Of a DNA stretch of 64,000 nt, positions 17,387-26,402 are shown piece after piece. A model generated the notes under the pieces. The model searched no databases and was not told the origin of the DNA. It was given only the letters and a program-made list of their open reading frames with translations. The stretch's first letter is position 1, and each line of letters begins with the position of its first letter. Source of the DNA: an uncultured Candidatus Saccharibacteria bacterium (lineage in GTDB: Bacteria; Patescibacteriota; Doudnabacteria; UBA920). The stretch lies in assembly GCA_964650255.1 (NCBI GenBank), contig CAZYQT010000001.1, positions 39,964 to 103,963 of the forward strand, given 5' to 3'. The position numbers and the translations under genes are program-made.

Positions 17387-17596
17387 ATGGGAATATTTGT
17401 GATTATTATGCTTGTTTACTTCCTAGCTGGAATTTTAATGGCATTATGGGACTTTAGAAAGATTCTATTTAAAAACCCGGGCAATCAAACTGCCAGCAGT
17501 CTTTTCATTGAACCACCAAAATTTTTAGATAACCTCTCTATCAGTACAGCGTTAACATTCATCCTAATTTGGCCAGTTAAATTATTGCTCAAATAG
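17387..17596 (+). CDS. Small membrane protein (hypothetical)
   Basis: 69 aa, two hydrophobic helices. First ORF of the AT-rich plus-strand block. Confidence 0.3.
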   Translation: MGIFVIIMLVYFLAGILMALWDFRKILFKNPGNQTASSLFIEPPKFLDNLSISTALTFILIWPVKLLLK

Positions 17597-17647
17597 CCAG
17601 AAAGAATTTCTCTTTTAAATAAAAGGTAAAGTAAGTATAATTGTTAT

Positions 17648-18076
17648 ATGAAATATATTTTCCTCGCTATTGCCACAATAGCCTTACTGGGAGCTAGTTG
17701 TAATTCTAGCACCAAACAAACTAGTGATTCCTTTGAGCGCAATTTAAAGTGCAAAGAAATTGCCACCCAGTTAGATCAGCAAAAAAGAGAAGATGAACAA
17801 AAATCAAAAGATGCAAAGCTTCTCGTTTTCACCTCTTTTGATAGCAGCGAAACTAAATATAGTGAGAAGTTGAATACATGTCTATATTCCTACACTCTAA
17901 ATATGTACGGAACAGGTGGGGTGCCAAATTCTCAAAGCAGATATCTGATTGATAGCTTAACCAACGAGGTATTGGCTCAATATACTACATCTGACGCGCA
18001 ATCTACCCAAGAAAGAACTGACGCACAAAAAGCATTCTATGATAAATACAGCGAACTATATTTAGGAACTAAATAA
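17648..18076 (+). CDS. Putative lipoprotein
   Basis: Signal peptide plus lipobox LLGASC. 142 aa, AT-rich codon usage. Confidence 0.5.
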   Translation: MKYIFLAIATIALLGASCNSSTKQTSDSFERNLKCKEIATQLDQQKREDEQKSKDAKLLVFTSFDSSETKYSEKLNTCLYSYTLNMYGTGGVPNSQSRYLIDSLTNEVLAQYTTSDAQSTQERTDAQKAFYDKYSELYLGTK

Positions 18077-18083
18077 AATCAAA

Positions 18084-18785
18084 ATGCTATTTAAAAACTT
18101 CTTTCGTAAAGATTTAAACTTAAAGAATCGGTGGTGGCATCGGTTACTACTCGTACTTTTCTTCGTTTCATTCGCTGTCAGCTTATTGTATGCAACATTT
18201 CACACTGGACAACCAGACAGATATCGCCAGGTTAGTAGTCTGAAAGATAGGATGACTAATAATTTAACAAAAATTGGAGATTTAGTTAAACCAGGAGAAA
18301 GAATCGGTGAAAACGAGAATAGAATCAATGATGATCTCTACTATAAAAACGGAGGCTTTTTACTAAGTCAAAATATTTATTGTGCAAAGAATGTTACAAA
18401 CCATGTTGATGACTTTGCCAAGTCTAATGGAGCATCACATTTTAAAGGCAATGATGCTATTATTATGGCTAGTTCACAAGTATCATCCGATGAGTTCAAA
18501 CACTACCTTACTTCAGAATCAGGTAACTGTATAGAAATTGCCAATCTGAGTGATTACGAAAATAAGAACATAATATGGTCTGGAATAGACAAGGTTGTGG
18601 AAAGGTCTGTATTCACAAACTCTATGGATGTATGGACACTAGACCATACGAAAACAAACCTTAATAGGATATTTAATCCCGCCTATCTTGGGATATTAAT
18701 ATTATTTGGAATTATTATGATTCTATACTACAAAGTATTGCTATATATAATTTTCGGTAATAATAAACAATATGAAAATAAATAA
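18084..18785 (+). CDS. Membrane protein with N- and C-terminal TM helices (hypothetical)
   Basis: 233 aa. 8-nt gap to the upstream gene. Confidence 0.45.
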   Translation: MLFKNFFRKDLNLKNRWWHRLLLVLFFVSFAVSLLYATFHTGQPDRYRQVSSLKDRMTNNLTKIGDLVKPGERIGENENRINDDLYYKNGGFLLSQNIYCAKNVTNHVDDFAKSNGASHFKGNDAIIMASSQVSSDEFKHYLTSESGNCIEIANLSDYENKNIIWSGIDKVVERSVFTNSMDVWTLDHTKTNLNRIFNPAYLGILILFGIIMILYYKVLLYIIFGNNKQYENK

Positions 18786-19008
18786 AGATAGAATAATTAT
18801 TATAGTTTTAATACTCTTACTAATTTGGTTCGCCACTGCCATTATTAGATTAGAAAATTATCATTATGCCGTTCAGGTAGGAATGTGTGAAAATACTACT
18901 GAAATTGAACCATTTAAACAGCGTATGGAATTAGAGGATTGCTTAAATCATACCCAAACTAGAACGAGTCCCATCTGGCACTTATTCTATGGGTTGAGAA
19001 TATTTTAA
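18772..19008 (+). CDS. Small membrane protein (hypothetical)
   Basis: 78 aa with an N-terminal TM. Overlaps the upstream gene by 14 nt. Confidence 0.35.
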   Translation: MKINKDRIIIIVLILLLIWFATAIIRLENYHYAVQVGMCENTTEIEPFKQRMELEDCLNHTQTRTSPIWHLFYGLRIF

Positions 19009-19012
19009 ATTT

Positions 19013-19459
19013 ATGTGGTTTTTGTATGTAGTTGGTGTTGTTATAATCATCAGTATCATTCAATGGTTAATTAACAAACGCCGAGAAAAGATTAGAGAAC
19101 AAGTTGCTCACGATCTATTCGATAAATCAGACACAGAAACAATACTAGAAAATTACAAAAATAAACTTTCTGCAATCCTAATTACAACACCAAGAGAAAT
19201 TCCTAAGAGGATATCTTCTTGGGAACTAGCTCGCCTACCTAAATATGCTGCTAAAATAGCTGGGTCTGATTGTCCAAAATGTGAAAGCGGTTATTTAAAA
19301 GTAATATATACATACAACGGTTATGGTAGATTGCCATCCGTGTTTAGTTGCAGTAGTAAAGAATGTAATTATATTATTGGTTTAAAACAAGCCAAAGTGG
19401 AATATGAAAAAAATAACATCAATTCTTTTGCAAAAGATTTCAACCAAGTTTATCCATAA
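19013..19459 (+). CDS. TM-anchored protein with a C4 zinc-ribbon-like motif (CPKC...CSSKEC)
   Basis: 148 aa, N-terminal TM. Cys pairs are spaced as in zinc ribbons. Confidence 0.4.
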   Translation: MWFLYVVGVVIIISIIQWLINKRREKIREQVAHDLFDKSDTETILENYKNKLSAILITTPREIPKRISSWELARLPKYAAKIAGSDCPKCESGYLKVIYTYNGYGRLPSVFSCSSKECNYIIGLKQAKVEYEKNNINSFAKDFNQVYP

Positions 19460-20584
19460 ATGAGCTACTATAATAAAATTAAACTGGAGCTAACAAATCT
19501 GATAGGCTCTTTTAATTCGGCTAATAAACAGCTAGACGACAAATTGGTACTTCTCAAGCAAGAAGAAGACTCACTACAGAGAGAGAAAGATAAATATAAC
19601 CAGATAAAAAAGGAGGTGTTGCAGTTAGCTTTAGAAAGACAGAGGGGCTTTCCTACCTTAGCTAAAGCCTATGATGAATATTTTGCCTTACAAGATAAAT
19701 CTCTCATAGATTTTCTTAGATACAAGGATAGGCCAGCTCCAAGCGCTAGTGACATTGTAAAGGAGTATTCTAGAATAAAGAGAGAAGCTTTGAAAGACAA
19801 GAAAATCTTTCAATATTTGATTGAATACTACGAATCAATTTGCCCATTTCTTATTGAGTTAAAAGAAGAGGAATTATCTGATATAACTGAAGAAGATAAA
19901 CAATATCTGGTTGAGTATTCTGAAGAGGAGCTGGAAGATGAGGTTACAAAATACCTAACCAAAGAAGAATATAGGAAATTACCTACTGCCCAGAGAAACC
20001 AGCAAGCATTGGATAGATATTGGAAAAGGCCCAAATCTAAATGGCATATAGGGAAAATATACGAACGTTATGTAGGGTACTTATTTGAACAGCAAGGATA
20101 TCAAGTAGATTATTTTGGAATATTTAAAGGCTTGGAAGATTTAGGTAGAGATATCATAGCAACTAACAAGAATGAGATTGTCATTATTCAATGTAAAAAT
20201 TGGTCACAATTTAGGACAATATACGAAAAACATATTTTCCAATTTTTTGGCACTGTGTTCCAATATCGTGACGAGAATCCAAATAAAAAAGTTAGGGCTA
20301 TTTTTTATACCACTACCCAACTTTCTGATTTAGCGAGAAGATTTAGCAAAGAGCTAGGCATAGAATTACAAGAACAATTCAAATTCGATAAAAACTACCC
20401 TAGCATTAAATGTAATATCAACAAGCTAACTAAAGAAAAAATATACCACTTGCCTTTCGACCAAAAATACGACCACACTAAAATAACTCCAAAAACAGGA
20501 GAGCTATATGTTGCAACTGTAAAAGAAGCAGAGGATGCAGGTTTCAGAAGAGCTTTCCGTTGGAAAGGAGAATCGAATAAATAA
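19460..20584 (+). CDS. Mrr-like restriction endonuclease (PD-(D/E)xK, Mrr_cat) domain protein with an N-terminal coiled coil
   Basis: IGKIYERYVGYLFEQQGYQVDY...GRDIIATNKNEIVIIQCKNW matches the Mrr catalytic-domain pattern (G..E...LF...G+.V....G.D+.....+...IQCK.W). Confidence 0.6.
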   Translation: MSYYNKIKLELTNLIGSFNSANKQLDDKLVLLKQEEDSLQREKDKYNQIKKEVLQLALERQRGFPTLAKAYDEYFALQDKSLIDFLRYKDRPAPSASDIVKEYSRIKREALKDKKIFQYLIEYYESICPFLIELKEEELSDITEEDKQYLVEYSEEELEDEVTKYLTKEEYRKLPTAQRNQQALDRYWKRPKSKWHIGKIYERYVGYLFEQQGYQVDYFGIFKGLEDLGRDIIATNKNEIVIIQCKNWSQFRTIYEKHIFQFFGTVFQYRDENPNKKVRAIFYTTTQLSDLARRFSKELGIELQEQFKFDKNYPSIKCNINKLTKEKIYHLPFDQKYDHTKITPKTGELYVATVKEAEDAGFRRAFRWKGESNK

Positions 20585-20592
20585 TAATCTAT

Positions 20593-21246
20593 ATGACAAA
20601 CTTAGACGAATCCAATATTGATACTGACTACCCTGAGTCAGTTAAAAAAATAATTGAGGAAATAAACAAGCATAGGATAAAAGCTTTTGAAAAAACTCTT
20701 CCTGAAGGACTAACCTATGAAGATGTTAAGAGTGAGCTCGTAGAAACGTTGAAAGTGTATCATACCTGGCTAGACCATTGCTTCAAATACATTTTTGATA
20801 GTGAGAAGGTAATCGGACAACAGGTCAAAGAGATTAAATCAAAATTTGAGCAAAATGTACTTGAAGAGTTATTTAATAAGGAGCTTACAATTATACGGTG
20901 TGCTTTTGTCTATGCCTGGCTACAAAACTTTGAATTGACAGATTACGGAAAGAAAAATAATCAAGATACTTTTAAGTCACTATATAATCATTATAATCAT
21001 TCGTTAGAAAATATACTTAAATTAAATGGTAGACTAGAGGATAAAAATTGGATATTAGAAGGGCTTAATAAGTACACTTCCCCTACTAAATTTAGTCATG
21101 ACGATTTTATTGAAAAGGCTGCGGAAGGAGTAGCTAGAATCCCTTTTGAAAGCACAGAAGGCCGGCTCGGAGGTGGGCTTTATGATGGACTAACGCTCCT
21201 GATACAAAATACAATACAAAATGATAAGACCACCTTACTTGAATAA
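20593..21246 (+). CDS. Hypothetical protein (217 aa), last gene of the AT-rich plus-strand block
   Basis: ORF contiguous with the Mrr-like gene (9-nt gap). No recognisable motif. Confidence 0.4.
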   Translation: MTNLDESNIDTDYPESVKKIIEEINKHRIKAFEKTLPEGLTYEDVKSELVETLKVYHTWLDHCFKYIFDSEKVIGQQVKEIKSKFEQNVLEELFNKELTIIRCAFVYAWLQNFELTDYGKKNNQDTFKSLYNHYNHSLENILKLNGRLEDKNWILEGLNKYTSPTKFSHDDFIEKAAEGVARIPFESTEGRLGGGLYDGLTLLIQNTIQNDKTTLLE

Positions 21247-21279
21247 AAAAAGAGCTAAGCTGCCCTATTTGCATTGTAT

Positions 21280-21440
21280 TTAAGTTGATTTCTCCCACTT
21301 TCTTTGGACTTTTGGTCTTGGTTTTGGTATTTAGTTTTGGGGTATTTAAGTCAGTAGTTTAGTCTTGGTTTTAGGGTTTAGTTGGTTTTAAAGATATTTT
21401 TGGTTTTTAGTTAGATATTGTGTACCTTGTAGTACGGTGT
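21280..21440. repeat. GT-rich low-complexity tract (degenerate TTTTGG / TTTAGTTTTGG-like units)
   Basis: tttggacttttggtcttggttttggtatttagttttggggtatttaagtcagtagtttagtcttggttttagggtttagttggtttt... no ORF, strong strand asymmetry (G+T on the plus strand). Confidence 0.45.
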
Positions 21441-21759
21441 CGTTCAGTGGATTCTCTGGTGAGAGTAATAGTCAACGGTTTGGCTATTAACATTGAGTAG
21501 TAAAAACAGTAGTTTTAGCTTCTCAACTGGTTGAACCCTAGTTCAACTAGTTCTTCCACCAGTTCCTCATACACTGAACACCTCCATCATATCTGAAAAA
21601 TATCCTTTGTCAAGCGGAATTTTTGCACTAGCTAAAACTAAGAGCTTTTGTTAAAATAGGTTTTAGCTGCGTCGTAGAGATGCACCACCTTGAAAAAGGA
21701 TCATGTGCATGGTATGATGTGCGTGACAACCGAGCTCAAAAGCCACATTGGCTCGAAAT

Positions 21760-21790
21760 AAAGCCGCCCGAATGGGCGGCTTTATCATTT
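21760..21790. terminator. Bidirectional rho-independent terminator AAAGCCGCCC-GAAT-GGGCGGCTTT with a flanking T-tract
   Basis: A perfect 10-bp GC-rich stem, A-run upstream and T-run downstream. Lies just past the stop of the minus-strand gene 21821..22195. Confidence 0.55.
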
Positions 21791-21820
21791 AAAAATTTCC
21801 ATGCTAAAGAAGGTGCGCAC

Positions 21821-22195
21821 TTACATCTTCGCATTTCCCCTGCGCACTTCAACGTGCAAGGCTTTGTGGAAAAGGATTACTGACAAAACAACAGCCAAAT
21901 AACTTAACCAAAAATAAACATGATGGTACATTTCGCGGCCGATCAACACTGAAGTAACGGCCATGTCAACCAAAATCATGATGATCAGCCATACTATGGC
22001 CGTGAAAAAGCATTCCAAATAATTGATTACCCCCATGCGACGAATCACTGCTGTGGTAATCATTATCAATACAACAAAAAATAAAATCTTGACTACCAAG
22101 TTATCGATATCAAGATAATTTATAAAAATGACTTTGGTTAAAACAAAAAGCACCTCGCTAACAATTGTTCCAATGACTAGCGAAGCGATATTCAT
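21821..22195 (-). CDS. Polytopic small membrane protein (hypothetical)
   Basis: 124 aa, 3-4 TM helices. Confidence 0.4.
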   Translation of the reverse strand: MNIASLVIGTIVSEVLFVLTKVIFINYLDIDNLVVKILFFVVLIMITTAVIRRMGVINYLECFFTAIVWLIIMILVDMAVTSVLIGREMYHHVYFWLSYLAVVLSVILFHKALHVEVRRGNAKM

Positions 22196-22737
22196 TAGAC
22201 TGAAGTTGCTTTAGCGCGCTTAGTAGTTTTACGAGCAGTTGTTTTTCTAGCAGTATTCTTGCGCGTGGTTTTTTTCTTGGCTGCTGGAGTAATAAAATCA
22301 TCAAAACTCCAAGCTTGGCTTTCGGCTACCGGGACTTTTACTGTTGATACAGAAGCTGCTGGCGCTGGAGCCATAAAAGAATTCAAACTTTCCATGCGAG
22401 AGCTGGCTTTAGCCTTTTTGCGACCACGCCAATTATGTGGCACAAAGCCATGGAACAATCCAGCTGGAGCTTGGGCATTCGGGCCATAAACCAAAGCGTA
22501 CCATTCAAGACCCAACACAACTCCATACCAACCGCCCAAGAAAAGCATCAACAACATTGTCGTAAAGTCTAAAGCTGGGATTGCGCCTTGCGGCATGCCA
22601 AAAGAGTAAGTATCGTAGTCAACAGTTAAAAGTAGGTCATACAAAACAAATACAGAGCGGTGCAACATACCAAAAAGGACCATGCCGAGAATTGAACAAA
22701 GGAATAAATAAAGCGCTTTAATTGTGGTTTTTTTCAT
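22195..22737 (-). CDS. Membrane protein with a basic C-terminal tail (TTRKNTARKTTARKTTKR)
   Basis: 180 aa, N-terminal TM helices, Lys/Arg/Thr-rich repeats at the C-terminus. Confidence 0.45.
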   Translation of the reverse strand: MKKTTIKALYLFLCSILGMVLFGMLHRSVFVLYDLLLTVDYDTYSFGMPQGAIPALDFTTMLLMLFLGGWYGVVLGLEWYALVYGPNAQAPAGLFHGFVPHNWRGRKKAKASSRMESLNSFMAPAPAASVSTVKVPVAESQAWSFDDFITPAAKKKTTRKNTARKTTARKTTKRAKATSV

Positions 22738-23049
22738 TTTTTGTTTCTAATTTGCTGGGAAGTGAGCTTTTATTTATTATAGCACAATTTAGACAAAACC
22801 TCAACTTGAACAGTGGATAAATAATTAAGAAGTGCGCTAACAGCGCGGTAACACATGATTGGCGGGGTTTAGAGCTGACATCAAAAGCAACTTGAGTAGT
22901 TTGAAGTAAAGGAGTATAATAGGATAAACGCATATCTAAGGAGGATTTTACCATCGCAAACCGAGTACTCTTGTTAATGAAGTAGCTTGAGAAGATTAAA
23001 ATGACAAAAAATCCAGATAGCTCCGAGGCGACTTCTGGTAAGGAGAACG

Positions 23050-23526
23050 ATGTCAGTAGCAACAATAATGTACACCAGCCCAGCATACTGGTATGATTTC
23101 AAGTATTTGGCTGAAAGGATGAAAGCGAAAATTTGGGAAACTCCTGAAGCCAAATCCAGACTAACTATGAGGACTATTAAGATAGCTCTTCGATTTCTAA
23201 GAGAAGTTCAAAAGGATGAATATCAACGTTATTTTCCAATCGTGGAGAGGCCTCAACCCTATGAACTTGCCTTGAAAGCCTTTAAATGTCTGGGGAAACC
23301 GCCATTTCAGGAATTTTCAGATATAGCTGTTCACAAAGAAACATTAGACAAATATCTTAAGGACATTCAAAGCATTGAAAAACATATTACCGAAGGAATT
23401 GAACACAACGTACCTGACGAAGCTTTGATGGAAATGGCAAAGTTTTTTGAAACAGTTAGCCAGCTCGATAGAGAAATCGCTAATAGTAATCGAAGCCGCC
23501 AACGACATCAACACGGCTGTTTCTAA
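23050..23526 (+). CDS. Hypothetical protein (158 aa)
   Basis: AAGGAG RBS upstream. No recognisable motifs. Confidence 0.4.
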   Translation: MSVATIMYTSPAYWYDFKYLAERMKAKIWETPEAKSRLTMRTIKIALRFLREVQKDEYQRYFPIVERPQPYELALKAFKCLGKPPFQEFSDIAVHKETLDKYLKDIQSIEKHITEGIEHNVPDEALMEMAKFFETVSQLDREIANSNRSRQRHQHGCF

Positions 23527-23570
23527 AAGCAGCACGGAATCCAAAGACGATCCCCTACAGATCGTCTCTT

Positions 23571-24578
23571 TTATTTTATCGACAAAATACTCTTTTTGTA
23601 TGAATCCAGGTGATCCAAAGCCACCCCAGTCCCCTTGGCCACACAAAGCAATGGTTCTTCAGCCACATAACACGGCACACCAACTGCCTGCGAAATGTAA
23701 TGGTCTAAGTTACGAAGCTGCGCTGTTCCACCAGTCATAATCATCCCCTTGTCAATAATATCACTCGCAAGTTCCGGCGGGGTATCTTGCAAAACTGTTT
23801 TAATGGCACGTACCATTTCTTTTAACTCTTCTTGGATTGCTTCCACCACTTCGTTAGTGGACATGGTTACAGTTTTTGGAAGTCCTGAAATATTATCACG
23901 ACCCTTAATTTCCATAACTTCTTCTTCGGGAAGAGCCATAGCAGAACCAATGGTAATTTTAATTTCTTCGGCAGTGCGATCACCAATGGCCAGACCGTGT
24001 TTCTTGCGCACGTATTCAATAATGGCAGCATCAAGTTTGTTGCCCGCAGTGCGCACTGAAGTTGAATTCACAATTCCGCCCAAGCTTAATACTGCGACAT
24101 CTGTTGTGCCGCCGCCCATATCAATAATTAAATTTCCTGATGCAGATGAAATTGGAATTCCCGCCCCAATCGCAGCCGCCACAGTTTCTTTAATTACAAA
24201 AGCTGATTTTGCGCCAGCTGCAACTGCGGCATCAATTACTGCCCGGCGCTCAGTAGAAGTAATACCACCTGGAACAGAAATCATTACTTCGGGACGGAAG
24301 AAACGCACCTTACCCAGAGATTTATTAATAAAATATCGCAACATAGCTTCGGTCACACGGTAATCAGCGATCACACCATCTTTCATCGGTCGGCTAGCAA
24401 CAATAGTTTCCGGTGTACGGCCAAGCATTTCTTTGGCTTCCTGGCCAACAGCTAAAACGCGGTTATCCTCAATGGAAATCGCTACTACTGTTGGCTCATT
24501 TATAACAATGCCTTTTTTGGGAAAAAACACCAAGGTGTTGGCAGTTCCCAAATCTATTCCGATCTTACTTTGAAACAT
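23571..24578 (-). CDS. mreB: Rod shape-determining protein MreB (actin homolog)
   Basis: IGIDLGTANTLV, the phosphate-2 IIDMGGGTTDVAVLSLGG and the adenosine motif MTGGTAQLRNLD. 335 aa. Confidence 0.9.
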   Translation of the reverse strand: MFQSKIGIDLGTANTLVFFPKKGIVINEPTVVAISIEDNRVLAVGQEAKEMLGRTPETIVASRPMKDGVIADYRVTEAMLRYFINKSLGKVRFFRPEVMISVPGGITSTERRAVIDAAVAAGAKSAFVIKETVAAAIGAGIPISSASGNLIIDMGGGTTDVAVLSLGGIVNSTSVRTAGNKLDAAIIEYVRKKHGLAIGDRTAEEIKITIGSAMALPEEEVMEIKGRDNISGLPKTVTMSTNEVVEAIQEELKEMVRAIKTVLQDTPPELASDIIDKGMIMTGGTAQLRNLDHYISQAVGVPCYVAEEPLLCVAKGTGVALDHLDSYKKSILSIK

Positions 24579-24668
24579 ATACCATTCATTATACAGGGCC
24601 GGACCAGCTTGGGCAATGCTGCTAAAACTCCCACAAACGCCATAAAACTGCTATAATTAGAGCACTTT

Positions 24669-25991
24669 ATGAAACCATCTACTCGCTACACTCTTATTGC
24701 TGTTGGCTTTGTTGTATTTTTGATTTTGGCCCCTCTTTTAGTCTTGTACGTTAGTGGCCGAACTATTAACCTTGATGGTAAAGAAAGCAGTGCTACAGGA
24801 ATTTTAGACGCCAAAAGCAATCCGACAGGAGCAAAACTTTTTATCGATGGCAAAGAGCACAGTTCCACCCCTGCGATCGCGCGATTTTTGAAACAAGGAG
24901 AATATCAATTTACCTTAAGCAAAGAGGGTTATTTTGATTGGACCAAGCGGTTACCGATTGAGGCGGGTAAAGTTACTTATGCGCAAGAAGGTGTAACTGA
25001 AGTACAACTTTTGAAGAAGAGCGAACCAAAAGTATTGGTGCCACAAGGAGTATCAAGTTTTGTCATAATGAACGATGTCTTGTGGTTTGTTAATGGCAAC
25101 AGAGTTGTAAGAGCGCCGTTTAATAATCCTGCTGATCAAACAGTTATTCAACTTAATTTTCATCCTACTATCCTTACAGAGCTGCGAAACAGGCGACATA
25201 TTTACTTAGGCAACAACTCCATACTAGATACTCAAACTCAAGCTTTAGTTAAGCTGACCTTACCTAACACGGAATACATTGCTCACCCATGGGACATTGC
25301 TGTCTCCCCTAACAATGTAATTTTGTTTTTGGGCGGCGATGGCAATCTATACGCCCACGACCCAGGTGCTCAAAAAAATCGGCTGATCAAAGAAAAGGTA
25401 TTCGCATTCACTATGGAAGATAATACGGGCTACATTATAGATGACCAAGCTCGTAACCATTACGAAGATAGCAAATCAAATATCTCTAGCGCGTTCTGGG
25501 ATGGTAGTAATTTTCAAGACTATCAGATTATTTTAAGCGGGGCCTATGGCACACAACTGTATATTACTGACAACAAAGAGTTGTTCTGCAATTGCGCTGG
25601 CAAGTTAAGTCGAGTAGGCCAAAGTTTAGAACCGCTGGCGCAAAACGCTGATGCCTTAAACGTATTATTGGATTTAAAAACTAATGAGCTATCATTCATA
25701 ACCTCTGGCAACGAACTGATGTTTTACAACTTCCTCAGAGCCAAACCACAATTGCTCACTCGCGGCGGCTTAACCCCGCAAACAGCTTTCTTAGTTCGGT
25801 CCAGCATTGGTTACGGATTCATAGGAACTCAATCCGGCCTTGAGGCAATTGAAATTGATGCACGCGATAAACCAAATCGGTATCAACTATTAAACGGCAA
25901 ACAGGTGTGGCAGATCGCTATTACAGATAATCAAAAAACCATCATTGCTCTGCAAGATGGCGCTTTGGTCAGCGTTGATATTAGGAACTAG
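24669..25991 (+). CDS. PEGA-domain membrane-anchored protein
   Basis: N-terminal TM, then GAKLFIDGKEHSSTPAIARFLKQGEYQFTLSKEGY, which is a typical PEGA-domain pattern. An extended -10 TGCTATAAT lies at ~24649-24657. Confidence 0.55.
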   Translation: MKPSTRYTLIAVGFVVFLILAPLLVLYVSGRTINLDGKESSATGILDAKSNPTGAKLFIDGKEHSSTPAIARFLKQGEYQFTLSKEGYFDWTKRLPIEAGKVTYAQEGVTEVQLLKKSEPKVLVPQGVSSFVIMNDVLWFVNGNRVVRAPFNNPADQTVIQLNFHPTILTELRNRRHIYLGNNSILDTQTQALVKLTLPNTEYIAHPWDIAVSPNNVILFLGGDGNLYAHDPGAQKNRLIKEKVFAFTMEDNTGYIIDDQARNHYEDSKSNISSAFWDGSNFQDYQIILSGAYGTQLYITDNKELFCNCAGKLSRVGQSLEPLAQNADALNVLLDLKTNELSFITSGNELMFYNFLRAKPQLLTRGGLTPQTAFLVRSSIGYGFIGTQSGLEAIEIDARDKPNRYQLLNGKQVWQIAITDNQKTIIALQDGALVSVDIRN

Positions 25992-25994
25992 GCC

Positions 25995-26402
25995 CTAGAG
26001 AGCGTCTAAGGCTTGATTAACCAGCGCATCAGCTTCTTTGTTGTACTCACGACGCACGTGCACAAATGAATAGGAATTAAACTTTTTTAACAAAGCTAAA
26101 ACCTTCGCAGCCAACTCTTGCAGAGCTGGTTGTTTTATTTTGTACACACCTTGCATTTGTTTCACTATCAATTCCGAATCCATTTGGATTTTTAAATCTG
26201 TAGCGCCAAGGTTAACTGATTCTTCCAGTGCCTTAATAAGCGCACTGTATTCAGCCACATTGTTGGTAGTGTCGCCAATGTATCCGCCGTAAGAATACAA
26301 CAACTCCCCTGCCTCACTTTTAATTACTAATCCAATCCCTGCTGGCCCAGGATTACCGCGCGCACCGCCATCAGTATTAATAACAACTAATTTTTTATTC
26401 AT
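25995..26402 (-). CDS. rnhA: Ribonuclease HI
   Basis: INTDGGARGNPGPAGIG...AEYSALIKALE...REYNKEADALVNQAL matches the RNase H catalytic D, E, D, D context. Confidence 0.85.
   Translation of the reverse strand: MNKKLVVINTDGGARGNPGPAGIGLVIKSEAGELLYSYGGYIGDTTNNVAEYSALIKALEESVNLGATDLKIQMDSELIVKQMQGVYKIKQPALQELAAKVLALLKKFNSYSFVHVRREYNKEADALVNQALDAL

Noticed and set aside
21680-21883. 67-aa plus-strand ORF spanning the bidirectional terminator at 21760-21790
   Set aside because: It is interrupted by a strong terminator hairpin. It more likely lies in an untranslated region between the island and the downstream minus-strand genes.
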